Assembly: GCA_017551025.1 (NCBI GenBank)
Contig: JAFZNG010000021.1
Location: forward strand, 12,908 to 76,907
DNA length: 64,000 nucleotides
Direction of reading: 5' to 3'
Source of the DNA: Paludibacteraceae bacterium
GTDB lineage: Bacteria; Bacteroidota; Bacteroidia; Bacteroidales; Paludibacteraceae
The notes beneath the pieces are model-generated. The model was not told the origin of the DNA, did no database searches, and saw only the letters and a list, made by a program, of their open reading frames with translations. A program made the translations under genes and the position numbers. Positions within the stretch are counted from its first letter, which is position 1, and each line of letters starts with the position of its first letter. Of this stretch, positions 1-9,829 are shown in pieces.

Positions 1-1110
1 CTTGGTAGCCTTAGGCTTGATACGAACGATGCGACTCACTACTTGCTCAGCCAACTCCAGGTCGATCTCATGCTCGGTCAGGGTGGCATGCGCCAGAAGC
101 GATGCCAATACGCCCTCCAAGTCACGTACCGACTCCGTCACGTAGGTAGCAATGAAATCAATCACCTCTTCGGAGAGATGAATACCGTCACGGTGCATCT
201 TATTGCGCAGGATATCCCGACGCAACTGATAATCCGGACGGCGTATCTCTGCAGAGAGTCCCCATTTGAAGCGCGTCAACAGACGATCTTCGATATCCTT
301 CAACTCGATTGGCGAACGGTCGCAAGTCAGTATCAACTGTTTGCGCGACTGCTGCAGGTAGTTAAAGATATGGAAGAAGGTGTCTTGCGTACCTTTCAGA
401 CCTGCGAAATACTGGATATCATCCACGATGAGCACGTCTACCGACTGATAGAAATTCAAAAAGTCGGGAATACGGTTCAGGTTGTGGGCATCCTGGAACT
501 GCAACTTAAAGGTATTCGCAGTAACATAAAGAACGCGCGCGTGAGGGAAGAGCAAGGCCACCTGATTGCCGATGGCATTCGCCAGGTGGGTCTTACCTAC
601 TCCGCTTCCGCCGTAGATAAACAACGGATTGAAGGCCGTATGACCGGGTTGCTTGGAAATAGCCGTACCGGCAGTACGCGCCAATTTATTCGGTTCTCCG
701 GGTACGAACGATTCAAAGGTATATAATTGGTTGAGTTGCGTCTCGAAATTATCGCGGGGCGTCTCCTGCGGCTGGTAGTTGCTCAGTCCCTGTTGCTTGA
801 GCAGGATTTCCTTACGCGCACCCGGCGACGGAATAGTAGGTCCGGCACCCGAAGCGGCATCTATCAGCACGCGGTACTCCAATTGCGTACCGTTGCCAAA
901 CACGCGCAGGATCGCACGCGATAATATATTAATGTAGTTCTCCTCGATATACTCGGCTACGAACTGCGACTTTACCTGCAAGACCAACACGCCCGCCTCG
1001 AATTGCAGAGGCTGGATCGGAGCAAACCATGTCTGGTAAGCTGTGGCGGAAAGATTATCTGCCAGAATGCGCTGGCATTCCGCCCATTTTATGGTTAGTT
1101 GTTCTTGCAT
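1..1110 (-). CDS. dnaA: Chromosomal replication initiator DnaA; C-terminus lies beyond the window start
   Basis: Reverse translation from the ATG at 1110 gives MQEQLTIKWAECQRILADNL... It contains the Walker A block NPLFIYGGSGVGKTHL, then VDVLIVDDIQYF, FFHIFN and RFKWGL. It is absent from the ORF track because the window edge truncates it. Confidence 0.9.
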   Translation of the reverse strand, partial: MQEQLTIKWAECQRILADNLSATAYQTWFAPIQPLQFEAGVLVLQVKSQFVAEYIEENYINILSRAILRVFGNGTQLEYRVLIDAASGAGPTIPSPGARKEILLKQQGLSNYQPQETPRDNFETQLNQLYTFESFVPGEPNKLARTAGTAISKQPGHTAFNPLFIYGGSGVGKTHLANAIGNQVALLFPHARVLYVTANTFKLQFQDAHNLNRIPDFLNFYQSVDVLIVDDIQYFAGLKGTQDTFFHIFNYLQQSRKQLILTCDRSPIELKDIEDRLLTRFKWGLSAEIRRPDYQLRRDILRNKMHRDGIHLSEEVIDFIATYVTESVRDLEGVLASLLAHATLTEHEIDLELAEQVVSRIVRIKPKATK

Positions 1111-1139
1111 TTTTAAAGGCTTTTTTCCGAAAGCGAGTG

Positions 1140-1171
1140 CAAAGGTACTGCTTTTTTTTGATATATGCAAA
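1140..1171 (-). promoter_or_regulatory. Bacteroidota sigma-A type promoter (-33 TTTGCA / -7 TACCTTTG) for dnaA
   Basis: The reverse strand reads TTTGCAtatatcaaaaaaaagcagTACCTTTGca about 30 nt upstream of the dnaA ATG. Confidence 0.6.
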
Positions 1172-1330
1172 TTTTTTTTCAAACGGTCAAAAATGACAAA
1201 ACATGTAAGTATGCGCTTTTCAATGAGTTACACTAAAATTATTGATTATCAGCACGTTATAAAAGTTATTAACATATAATCTATTGATTTTTAGGACATT
1301 TGAAACCTGCAAGAGTTTGGTGATATTTTT

Positions 1331-1373
1331 CAAAAAAAATCTCCAAACCCCCATTCTACAAGGGATTTGGAGA
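1331..1373 (-). terminator. Rho-independent terminator after the MlaD-like gene
   Basis: The reverse strand has TCTCCAAA-loop-TTTGGAGA followed by TTTTTTTT. Confidence 0.7.
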
Positions 1374-1408
1374 AAAATAAAAAAAATGTAAATTTGAAAA
1401 AATAAAAT

Positions 1409-2374
1409 TTATTTCTTCTTCTTTTTCGACCCTGAGCAATCAAATAAGGAGAAATGAACATACCGTTTCGGGTTGGCCTTGAGATCACGCAGCAAGGAGT
1501 CGGCTGAGACCACTGTACTATCGAGATCGTTGTACAAAGTACGCGAGTAAATCAGGCTACCGAGCGTACCGTTTTCGTTGCGAATATCTGCTACGAGTCC
1601 GCCGACTTGATCCACGGCAACGCTCACGTTATCGAGCGTAGTATCCACACGGGCAATAGTAGCCGGGATATCTACGCTGTTGAGTTGGCGTGTAAAGCCG
1701 TTAACGTCACGTATCGAACTCTGGAGTCCGTCGATCGAGCGTTGTGCACCATGGATCACTTCCGGTACGTCGTTCTGCATCATGCGGCGTGCGTCGGCCG
1801 ATACGGAAGTCAGGTCGCGCGATACGACATCCACGTTAGCCAATGTATGATACAGATGGCTGTCTGCCAATTGCGTATTGACTACGCGCATCAAGCTGTC
1901 GGCTTGCTCTACGGCCGTCTCCAGTTTGGCCATCAGGCCGTTTTGAATCTGATCCATCAATCCGCCTTCAATCTGCGTAGGCAACATCTCGCCCGAGGCA
2001 ATAGGTTCGCCTGCTACGCCGATCGGCAGACGCAGTTCAATGGCAGCACCTCCCAACAGTCCGTCCTGGATAAGCACCATTTGTGTACCACGCGGCAACT
2101 TGATGTCGCGATGGATAGATATATCGACGGTAAAGGCAGAATCCACCGTAAAGTCATACTGAATACGGTCCACCTGACCCACCTTATAGCCACGAATATA
2201 GACGGCGGCCTGTTCCTCGAGTCCGTTGGTACGTTGGAACTTGCCATGGAAGGCATACGTGGACGAGAAAATATTCACGCCCTTGAGGAAATTAAATCCG
2301 AAGAAGAGCAGGAAGAGGCATACGGCTGCCAGCAGACCTACTTTCACTTCGCGTGTCATCTTAAATTGTTTCAT
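1409..2374 (-). CDS. MlaD/MCE-family protein (outer-membrane lipid asymmetry ABC system component)
   Basis: 321-aa ORF with an N-terminal TM anchor (VGLLAAVCLFLLFFGF). An MCE-like block follows (VYIRGYKVGQVDRIQYD...GTQMVLIQDGLLGGAAIEL). Confidence 0.7.
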   Translation of the reverse strand: MKQFKMTREVKVGLLAAVCLFLLFFGFNFLKGVNIFSSTYAFHGKFQRTNGLEEQAAVYIRGYKVGQVDRIQYDFTVDSAFTVDISIHRDIKLPRGTQMVLIQDGLLGGAAIELRLPIGVAGEPIASGEMLPTQIEGGLMDQIQNGLMAKLETAVEQADSLMRVVNTQLADSHLYHTLANVDVVSRDLTSVSADARRMMQNDVPEVIHGAQRSIDGLQSSIRDVNGFTRQLNSVDIPATIARVDTTLDNVSVAVDQVGGLVADIRNENGTLGSLIYSRTLYNDLDSTVVSADSLLRDLKANPKRYVHFSLFDCSGSKKKKK

Positions 2375-2384
2375 AACCAGCTAA

Positions 2385-3527
2385 TTATTGTTCCCTTTGC
2401 GGGATTTTCACCACCCAACAATCCGGGAATAGCGCTTTCAGTTCGACTTGGCGTCGCTGCGCATCCTTCTCGTTGGTGTATTCTCCTATATAATATTTAT
2501 ACCAACCGTTGGCCACAAAGAAACGACATTGTTGTCCTTTGAGTCGCGGGTCGTTGTCGGCCAGTTGCGTACGGGAAGCACATACTTGTACACCGTAGTA
2601 GGGCCATTGCATTTGTTCCTCCTGCTGCTGACGCTTTTGATCGAGTTCCTGTTGTTGCTCGGGTGTACGTTGTTGCAGGATAGGTATGGTCTCTGTTTCA
2701 GTCGCAGCCGGAATCGTATCCGTTGTGGGCTGATGTTCACCCGACGAAGGACGGTAGAAATTGGTAAAGGCATCGCACAGTCCGCGTGCAATAGCCTCCT
2801 GATTGGCATGATCCGCCAGAAAACGCTCTTCGTCCGGATTACTGATAAAGCCCATCTCTACGAGCACACTGGGACATGCCGACTTAAGCAACACCCAGAA
2901 GGCTGCTTGACGTACACCTCGATCCGTACGATGGAGTTTCTGCACCAGCTGTTTCTGCACGTTCTCTGCATAGCGGAGCGACTGATCCATATAATTGTTT
3001 TGCATCAGTTCGAACATGATATACGAGTCCACCGACCGTGGGTCAAAACCCTGATACGTAGTCTGATAATCAGTCTCCAACTGGATAACCGAGTTCTCAC
3101 GCATCGCTACGTCCAGATTGGCCGACATCTTCTCCGTACCCAGCACAAAGGTCTCGGCACCGTGGGCCGAGGAATTCGTAGATGCGTTGGTATGCACGCA
3201 GATAAATAGGTTCGCGTTATTGCGATTGACGATATTCGCACGTTCCTGCAAGGGCAGGAAGATATCCGTCTGACGCGTATAAACGACGTTGACCTCGGGA
3301 TATTTCTCCTTGATATACCGTCCGGTAAGCAGCGCCACAGATAGGTTCAGATCCTTCTCGCGCATTATTCTACCTACCGCACCGGCATCCTTACCGCCAT
3401 GACCGGCATCGATTACCACGGTATAGGGTTTCTTGCCCGAACTGCGTTGTGCCCAACCGTCAGCGGCAGGCAGGAGCAACAAAGCAGCCATCAGAACAAA
3501 TGTAGTAAATAGTTGTTTAAAAGCCAT
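2385..3527 (-). CDS. N-acetylmuramoyl-L-alanine amidase (Amidase_3) with a C-terminal SPOR-like domain
   Basis: Motifs VVIDAGHGGKDAGAVG and VHTNA are present, with a SPOR-like tail (YYGVQVCASRTQL...). The track start at 3548 is a TTG inside the -7 box (3546-3553), so I use the ATG at 3527 (MAFKQLF, signal peptide). Confidence 0.85.
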   Translation of the reverse strand: MAFKQLFTTFVLMAALLLLPAADGWAQRSSGKKPYTVVIDAGHGGKDAGAVGRIMREKDLNLSVALLTGRYIKEKYPEVNVVYTRQTDIFLPLQERANIVNRNNANLFICVHTNASTNSSAHGAETFVLGTEKMSANLDVAMRENSVIQLETDYQTTYQGFDPRSVDSYIMFELMQNNYMDQSLRYAENVQKQLVQKLHRTDRGVRQAAFWVLLKSACPSVLVEMGFISNPDEERFLADHANQEAIARGLCDAFTNFYRPSSGEHQPTTDTIPAATETETIPILQQRTPEQQQELDQKRQQQEEQMQWPYYGVQVCASRTQLADNDPRLKGQQCRFFVANGWYKYYIGEYTNEKDAQRRQVELKALFPDCWVVKIPQREQ

Positions 3528-3643
3528 AATATGCCAATTTGAGTGCAAAGATACAATTATTTTTTCAAATATGAAAAACTTATCTGCAAATATCGCGCCA
3601 AAAGGCCTAATCCTTTAATTTTTTCATTTTTTTTACATGTACG

Positions 3644-3675
3644 CTTGCGCGTATGAGATTTTTTTCGTATCTTTG
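3644..3675 (+). promoter_or_regulatory. -33/-7 promoter for relA/spoT
   Basis: cTTGcg-N20-TAtcTTTG lies upstream of the ATG at 3716. Confidence 0.5.
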
Positions 3676-3715
3676 CACGCTTTTTGTATGGTATATTGAA
3701 ACTAGATCACCGCTT

Positions 3716-5977
3716 ATGGCAACGAAATCGACAGCGTTCACCCCGCAGGAGGAGCAGCAGATACAGCAAGCCTTCGACGAAATACTGACAGCCTACGACG
3801 ACCGTAGCGTCGGTCGCGTCAAGGAGGAGCGTATCCGTCAGGCCTTCCATTTTGCGCATAAGGCCCACTACGGGGTACGTCGTCTGAGCGGCGAACCGTA
3901 TATCATGCATCCTATTGCCGTTGCAAAGATATGCGTGAGTGAGATCGGACTGGGTAGTACCAGTATATGTGCGGCGCTGCTCCACGACGTAGTGGAAGAT
4001 ACCGACTACACGGTAGAGGATATTCGCAACCTCTTCGGCGACCAGATTGCCGTCATCGTCAACGGCCTGACCAAGATCTCAGGCGGCCTGTTCGGCGAAC
4101 AGAGTTCGGAGCAAGCGGAGAATTTCCGCAAACTGCTGCTCACCATGACCGAGGATATCCGCGTGGTACTCATCAAGATTGCCGACCGGTTGCATAATAT
4201 GCGCACCCTCGGTTCGCAACCTAAGAACAAGCAGTACAAGATCGCCGGTGAGACCCAATTTATATACGCCCCGTTGGCGCATCGTTTGGGACTGTTCCCC
4301 ATCAAGTCCGAGCTCGAAGATCTCAGCTTCAAATACCAGCACCCCAAGGACTATGCCGACATAGAGGCCAAGCTTAACGAAGTACGGGAGGAGCAACTCA
4401 AATTCTTCGACAATTTCTCCGAACCGATCCGCGAGAAGCTGCGTGCCATGGGCTACGAGTTTGAGGTGCGGGCCCGCATCAAGACCGTCTATTCCGTCTG
4501 GAGCAAGATGCAACTCAAGCAAGTACCGTTCGAGGACGTATACGACATTCTGGCGGTACGTATCATCTTCAAGCCCAACGAGTCGCTCTCGGAGAAAGAC
4601 CAGTGCTGGATGATCTATTCTGCCATTACCGAGATCTACCATCCCCACCCTGTTCGTATCCGCGACTGGATATCCACGCCCAAGGCCAACGGCTACGAGG
4701 CGCTCCATGTTACCGTCATGAGTAAGGACGGCAAATGGGTGGAGATACAGATCCGCACCCAGCGCATGAACAAAATCGCCGAGCAGGGATTGGCTGCCCA
4801 CTGGAAATACAAGACCGGCGATACCGACGACTCGCAACTCGAGAGCTGGTTGCATAGCATACAAGAGGCGCTGCAAAACCCCGAGAAAGATGCTTCGGAG
4901 TTTGTCAACCTCTTCCGCAACAACCTGTTCGTCAAGGAGCTGTTCGTCTTCACGCCTACCGGCGAAGTGAAGACCATGCCGCAGGGAGCTACAGCACTCG
5001 ACTTTGCCTATATGCTCCATACCAACCTGGGTGAACATTGTATCGGTGCCAAGGTCAACCACGACCTCGTACCGCTCAGTTACCCGCTTAAGGGTGGCGA
5101 CCAAGTGGAGATCCTTACCAGTACCAGTCAACATCCGCAACGCGACTGGCTCAACTGGTGCGTGACGGCCAAAGCGCAGTCCGCCCTACAGAGTTATTTC
5201 CGTCGCGAAGAGACGCGCTACAGCAAGCACGGCGAGAAGCTGTTTAACGATGCGCTGAGCATGATGGGCGAGGAGCAGAATGCCAACAAGATCCTACATC
5301 GCATGCTCAACCACTACCAGTTGACCCAGCCCCACCAGCTCTACCTACAAATCGGCCAGGGCTTTATCCTGCTGGACAACATGCGCGATATAGTGAGTGC
5401 GAAGAAAGGCTGGTGGAAACGTATGTTCTCCTCCGGCGACCAGGATACGGAACCGGCAACAGCGGCCACACAAACGCAACCGGCAAGCCCTGCGGCCAAA
5501 CCCGAGAAAGGTAAGGCTAACGCCATCGTACTGACCGATGAGAACCTGGGTAAACTCTACCATCTGAGCGACTGCTGCCGACCGATACCGGGCGATGAAG
5601 TACTGGGTTATCTCAGTCCCGACGGCAAGATGCAGATCCATAAGATCGACTGCCACGAGGCACAGATACTCAAGAGCAATTACGGCAAACGCATCTATGC
5701 CGCTACGTGGAACACCCACCGCGTACAATCCTTTATCGAGACCATCGAGATACAGGGTATCGATAAGTTCGGCATACTCATCCGCGTTCTGCAGACCATC
5801 ACCGAGCAGTTCCGTATCAATATGCACGCCATTCACCTGACCTCCAACGACGGTATCTTCCAGGGACAGATGGAGCTGTACGTCTACGACCGCAACGAAC
5901 TTCAGGATCTGTTCCGTGCCCTGAAGAAGATAGAGGAGATCCAGAGTGTCAAACGTATCGAAAACAAAGATAACTAA
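3716..5977 (+). CDS. Bifunctional (p)ppGpp synthetase/hydrolase, RelA/SpoT family
   Basis: HD domain (GEPYIMHPIAVAKI...LHDVVEDT), synthetase block (DILAVRIIF...YEALHVTV), and TGS and ACT-like C-terminal regions. The track start at 3653 precedes the -7 box, so the ATG at 3716 (MATKSTAF) is preferred. Confidence 0.9.
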   Translation: MATKSTAFTPQEEQQIQQAFDEILTAYDDRSVGRVKEERIRQAFHFAHKAHYGVRRLSGEPYIMHPIAVAKICVSEIGLGSTSICAALLHDVVEDTDYTVEDIRNLFGDQIAVIVNGLTKISGGLFGEQSSEQAENFRKLLLTMTEDIRVVLIKIADRLHNMRTLGSQPKNKQYKIAGETQFIYAPLAHRLGLFPIKSELEDLSFKYQHPKDYADIEAKLNEVREEQLKFFDNFSEPIREKLRAMGYEFEVRARIKTVYSVWSKMQLKQVPFEDVYDILAVRIIFKPNESLSEKDQCWMIYSAITEIYHPHPVRIRDWISTPKANGYEALHVTVMSKDGKWVEIQIRTQRMNKIAEQGLAAHWKYKTGDTDDSQLESWLHSIQEALQNPEKDASEFVNLFRNNLFVKELFVFTPTGEVKTMPQGATALDFAYMLHTNLGEHCIGAKVNHDLVPLSYPLKGGDQVEILTSTSQHPQRDWLNWCVTAKAQSALQSYFRREETRYSKHGEKLFNDALSMMGEEQNANKILHRMLNHYQLTQPHQLYLQIGQGFILLDNMRDIVSAKKGWWKRMFSSGDQDTEPATAATQTQPASPAAKPEKGKANAIVLTDENLGKLYHLSDCCRPIPGDEVLGYLSPDGKMQIHKIDCHEAQILKSNYGKRIYAATWNTHRVQSFIETIEIQGIDKFGILIRVLQTITEQFRINMHAIHLTSNDGIFQGQMELYVYDRNELQDLFRALKKIEEIQSVKRIENKDN

Positions 5978-6009
5978 CCAAATACAAAAAAGATTTAAAT
6001 TATAGGACA

Positions 6010-7104
6010 ATGAAAAAGTTTTTTAGTTTGCTGTCAATGGTATTCGTAGCCGTTGCCATGATGGCACAACAGCCTAAGATTACGTTCGAGAAGACCGAAC
6101 ACGACTTTGGTAAGATCAACGAGGCAGACGGCCGCGTGACGACCATCTTCAACTTCCGCAACGAGGGTATGGCTCCGCTCGTACTGAGCAACGTACGTGC
6201 CAGCTGCGGTTGTACCACCCCCAACTGGACCCGTGAACCCATCAACCCGGGCGAGACAGGCCAGATCACGGTAACCTACAACCCCAACGGACGTCCCGGT
6301 CGTTTCCAGAAGACCATTACCGTCACCTCCAACGCCGAGGAAGCCAGCGTAAAACTCTATATCAAGGGCGAAGTGATACCGAAGCCCGCACAGCCCGCTC
6401 CGGACAGCTACCCCGTGAAGATGGGTGGACTGAGCCTCAAGGCCGACAACGTGAACTTCGGTACGATCAAGAAAGGCCAGTCGGCTACCAAGGAAATCGA
6501 GTATGCCAACAAGACCGACAAAGATATTACCGTAGCCATGTTGCTGCCCGGTAAAGGCGTGGACGGACAAGTCACTCTGGAAGTTGTAAAACCCAACCAG
6601 ACCGGTAAACTCGTCATCCTGTTCGACAGCAAGCAGTCGAAACTGTACGGCCCGAACGAACTGCCTATCTACCTCATCATCAACGGTAAGAAGCAGACCA
6701 CCAACGAATTCCGCATCAATGTCAAGGCTGAGGTAGTAGAGGACTTTACGAAGCTGACCACCGCCGAGAAGCAGAATGCCCCGATCATCGAGATCCAGGG
6801 TGCTATCGACTTCGGTACGGTAGCAGCCGGCAAGAAAGGACTGAAGAAGAGCATCCAGTTCGGCAACAACAATGCCAACCCGCTCATCATCCGTCGTATC
6901 TACAACGCCAACCCAACTCTGCTGAGTTGCACGGCAACCGGTACGGTAAAGGCTAATAAGAAAGGCGTGCTGACCGTGGCACTCAACACCATCCAGGACG
7001 GCAAGCCCATGCCTGCCGGACAATACAGCCGCCAGATCACGCTCTATACCAACGACCCGCAACGCTCCAAGGTGAACATCACCGTGAAGTGGACGGTGAA
7101 ATAG
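6010..7104 (+). CDS. DUF1573-family secreted protein
   Basis: Signal peptide, then the DUF1573 hallmark DFGKI...FRNEG..PLVLSNVRASCGCTTP. Confidence 0.75.
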   Translation: MKKFFSLLSMVFVAVAMMAQQPKITFEKTEHDFGKINEADGRVTTIFNFRNEGMAPLVLSNVRASCGCTTPNWTREPINPGETGQITVTYNPNGRPGRFQKTITVTSNAEEASVKLYIKGEVIPKPAQPAPDSYPVKMGGLSLKADNVNFGTIKKGQSATKEIEYANKTDKDITVAMLLPGKGVDGQVTLEVVKPNQTGKLVILFDSKQSKLYGPNELPIYLIINGKKQTTNEFRINVKAEVVEDFTKLTTAEKQNAPIIEIQGAIDFGTVAAGKKGLKKSIQFGNNNANPLIIRRIYNANPTLLSCTATGTVKANKKGVLTVALNTIQDGKPMPAGQYSRQITLYTNDPQRSKVNITVKWTVK

Positions 7105-7153
7105 GGTGTAGGGTGTAGAGTGTAGAGTGTAGAGTGTAGAGTGTAAAGTGTAA
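7104..7153. repeat. Tandem heptamer GRGTGTA, about 7 copies, intergenic
   Basis: gggtgta gggtgta gagtgta x4 aagtgta, between the DUF1573 stop and the meaB start. Confidence 0.95.
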
Positions 7154-7158
7154 AAAGT

Positions 7159-8256
7159 ATGCAGCATCCGGAAAATGACTCGAAATACAAGGGACTGACG
7201 GTCAACCAGGGCGTGGAGAACCTGCCCTCCGTCAATCCGTATGCCACGTTCCGTCGTAAGAAGACCGTGCTGAGCCCCGAAGCTTACTTCGAGGGCATCC
7301 GCCGTGGCGACATGACGATACTGAGTCAGGCTGTCACGCTCGTAGAGAGCAACCTGCTGGCCGACCAGGCCATCGCGCAGAAAGTAATCGAGATGTGCCT
7401 GCCCTATGCGGGCCAGTCGATACGTCTGGGCGTGACAGGCGTACCGGGTGCCGGCAAATCCACTTTCATCGAAGCGCTCGGCACCGAACTGTGCCGGATG
7501 GGTAAACGACTCGCCGTACTGGCTATCGATCCCTCGTCGGAGCGCTCGAAAGGTTCGATCCTGGGTGACAAGACCCGCATGAACGAACTCTCGGCCGAGC
7601 ATAACGCCTTCATACGCCCCAGTCCATCGGCAGGAAGCCTGGGAGGCGTAGCGCGTAAGACACGCGAGACCATCGTGCTCTGCGAAGCAGCCGGATTCGA
7701 TACAATCATGGTAGAAACTGTCGGCGTAGGCCAGTCGGAAACGGCGGCGCAGTCGATGGTAGATTACTTCCTGCTGCTCCAGGTTACCGGTACGGGTGAC
7801 GAACTGCAAGGCATCAAGCGCGGCATCATGGAGATGTGCGACGGCATCGCTATCAACAAGGCGGATGGTAATAATATAGAACGCGCGCGCGCTGCGCGAG
7901 TAAGTTTCAAGAACGCCTTGGCTCTTTTCCCGCCTGCTGCATCGGGCTGGCAAGCACAGGCGCTATGCTGTTCGTCGATCGACCACTCGGGTGTGCTCGA
8001 CGTATGGGAGAACGTACTGGATTATATCGCGTTCACCAAGCGTAACGGCTACTTTGAGCAGAAACGTACCGAGCAGGCTAAGTACTGGATGTACGAGACT
8101 GTCAACCAGGCACTACTGGACGGATTTTATAAAAACGAAACCATGGAGGCGCTGATTGCTCAGGCTGAGCAACAGGTTCTCCGCAACGAGATAAGCAGCT
8201 TTATTGCTGCCCACAACCTACTGACCGAATATGGCCGAAATCAAAAACAACAGTAA
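7159..8256 (+). CDS. meaB: Methylmalonyl-CoA mutase-associated GTPase MeaB / ArgK family
   Basis: P-loop GVTGVPGAGKSTFIEALG, then DPSS..SKGSILGDKTRM and INKADG. Confidence 0.85.
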   Translation: MQHPENDSKYKGLTVNQGVENLPSVNPYATFRRKKTVLSPEAYFEGIRRGDMTILSQAVTLVESNLLADQAIAQKVIEMCLPYAGQSIRLGVTGVPGAGKSTFIEALGTELCRMGKRLAVLAIDPSSERSKGSILGDKTRMNELSAEHNAFIRPSPSAGSLGGVARKTRETIVLCEAAGFDTIMVETVGVGQSETAAQSMVDYFLLLQVTGTGDELQGIKRGIMEMCDGIAINKADGNNIERARAARVSFKNALALFPPAASGWQAQALCCSSIDHSGVLDVWENVLDYIAFTKRNGYFEQKRTEQAKYWMYETVNQALLDGFYKNETMEALIAQAEQQVLRNEISSFIAAHNLLTEYGRNQKQQ

Positions 8257-9787
8257 ACGTAAAACCACTACTACCGTCATCAAGGTAGGCACTAACGAGA
8301 TGGGCAAACTGCCCCCGCAGGCACCGGAACTGGAAGACTCGGTGCTGGGAGCACTCATGATTGAGAAAGACGCCTACATGACGGTAGCCGACCTGCTGCG
8401 TCCGGAGTCGTTCTACAAAGATCAGAACCGGCATATCTACGAAGCTATCCGTGCGCTGGCCGTCAAGGAGCAACCTGTCGATATCCTCTCCGTAGCCGAG
8501 AAACTGAAGAGTCTGGGCACCCTGGAGGAAGCCGGTGGCGTGAGTTACCTAAGTGAACTCACACGCCGCGTCGCCTCGACAGCCCACCTCCACTACCATG
8601 CCCAGATCGTTGCCCAGAAAGCGACGGCACGCGAACTCATCGCTATGGCAGCCCAGGTAGAAGAAGCCGCCTACGATGATACCCAGGACGTAGATGAACT
8701 GCTCCAGAAAGCCGAAGCAGGTGTATTCGAGATATCCCAGCGTTCGCAGAAACGCGACGTAACCCAGATAGACCCCGTCATCACCGAGGCCCTCTCGCGT
8801 ATGTCCAAAGCAGCCCTCAACGAGGGTAATATCTCCGGCGTACCGTCCGGTTTTACCGCCCTGGACAAGATTACGAGCGGATGGCAGAAATCCGACCTCG
8901 TCATCATCGCCGCTCGTCCGGCGATGGGTAAGACGGCCTTCGTGCTGTCGATGGCGAAGAATATCGCCGTCAACCTCAAGCGTCCGGTAGCGATGTTCTC
9001 GCTCGAGATGAGCAACGTACAGCTCGTCAACCGTCTGATTATGAACGTCTGCGAACTGGAGGGTGATAAGATTAAGACCGGTAAGTTCACCAAGGAGGAA
9101 CGCAAGCGACTGGACACCAAGATCAACGACCTGTATAACGTACCGCTCTATATCGACGATACGCCTTCGTTGTCGGTCTTCGAACTCCGCTCCAAGGCTC
9201 GTAAACTAAAGCAAGAGCACCATATCGAACTGCTCATCATCGACTACCTGCAGCTCATGAACGCACAGGGTATGCAGTTCGGTTCGCGTGAGCAGGAGGT
9301 GTCGATCATCTCGCGTAACCTCAAGGGACTGGCCAAAGAGCTGGATATACCGATTATCGCCCTCTCGCAGTTGAACCGTGGCGTAGAAGCCCGTACGGGT
9401 GTAGAAGGCAAGACCCCGCAACTCAGCGACTTGCGTGAGTCGGGTGCCATCGAGCAGGATGCCGATATGGTATGCTTTATCCACCGTCCGGAGTACTACC
9501 ACCTCTATAACGACGAGAAGACCGGTAAGGACCTGCGTGGTCTGGGTCAGATCATCGTAGCCAAGCATCGTAACGGTGCGACCGACTCCGTATGGCTCCG
9601 CTTCCTGGGTAAATACGCTAAGTTCCAGAATGAGAACGACGCCTACGATCAGGACGACCTGCCGCCGATGCCGGCTCAAGAACCGCAAGACCTCGACCAG
9701 CGTACGGCCTGGACGGGCAGTTCGGCTATGAACCAGATGTCGCCCGACGGCGCACGTATCGACGACCCGCAAGAGGCACCGTTCTAA
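8231..9787 (+). CDS. dnaB: Replicative DNA helicase DnaB
   Basis: PPQAPELEDSVLGALM, Walker A ARPAMGKTAF, and LSDLRESGAIEQDAD. It overlaps the meaB end by 26 nt; an alternative in-frame ATG is at 8300. Confidence 0.9.
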   Translation: MAEIKNNSKRKTTTTVIKVGTNEMGKLPPQAPELEDSVLGALMIEKDAYMTVADLLRPESFYKDQNRHIYEAIRALAVKEQPVDILSVAEKLKSLGTLEEAGGVSYLSELTRRVASTAHLHYHAQIVAQKATARELIAMAAQVEEAAYDDTQDVDELLQKAEAGVFEISQRSQKRDVTQIDPVITEALSRMSKAALNEGNISGVPSGFTALDKITSGWQKSDLVIIAARPAMGKTAFVLSMAKNIAVNLKRPVAMFSLEMSNVQLVNRLIMNVCELEGDKIKTGKFTKEERKRLDTKINDLYNVPLYIDDTPSLSVFELRSKARKLKQEHHIELLIIDYLQLMNAQGMQFGSREQEVSIISRNLKGLAKELDIPIIALSQLNRGVEARTGVEGKTPQLSDLRESGAIEQDADMVCFIHRPEYYHLYNDEKTGKDLRGLGQIIVAKHRNGATDSVWLRFLGKYAKFQNENDAYDQDDLPPMPAQEPQDLDQRTAWTGSSAMNQMSPDGARIDDPQEAPF

Positions 9788-9829
9788 AGCAAAAACCAAT
9801 AAGCAAGAAAACAATAAAACACAATATAC

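Noticed and set aside
43-924. Plus-strand ORFs 43..726 and 727..924 from the ORF track.
   Set aside because: They lie antisense to a clear dnaA reading frame with Walker A and DnaA signature blocks, and their translations have no recognisable motifs.
1111-1408. Possible oriC in the AT-rich dnaA upstream region.
   Set aside because: I could not find a cluster of TTATCCACA-type DnaA boxes. I saw only weak single near-matches, such as TTATCCACG at about 17157, which is elsewhere in the window. The region is adequately explained by the dnaA promoter and the MlaD-gene terminator.
6034-7953. A 639-aa reverse-strand ORF spanning the DUF1573 and meaB genes.
   Set aside because: It is antisense to two well-supported genes and crosses their intergenic heptamer array. 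It is R/G/A-rich with no motifs, which is typical of a shadow ORF in GC3-rich coding sequence.
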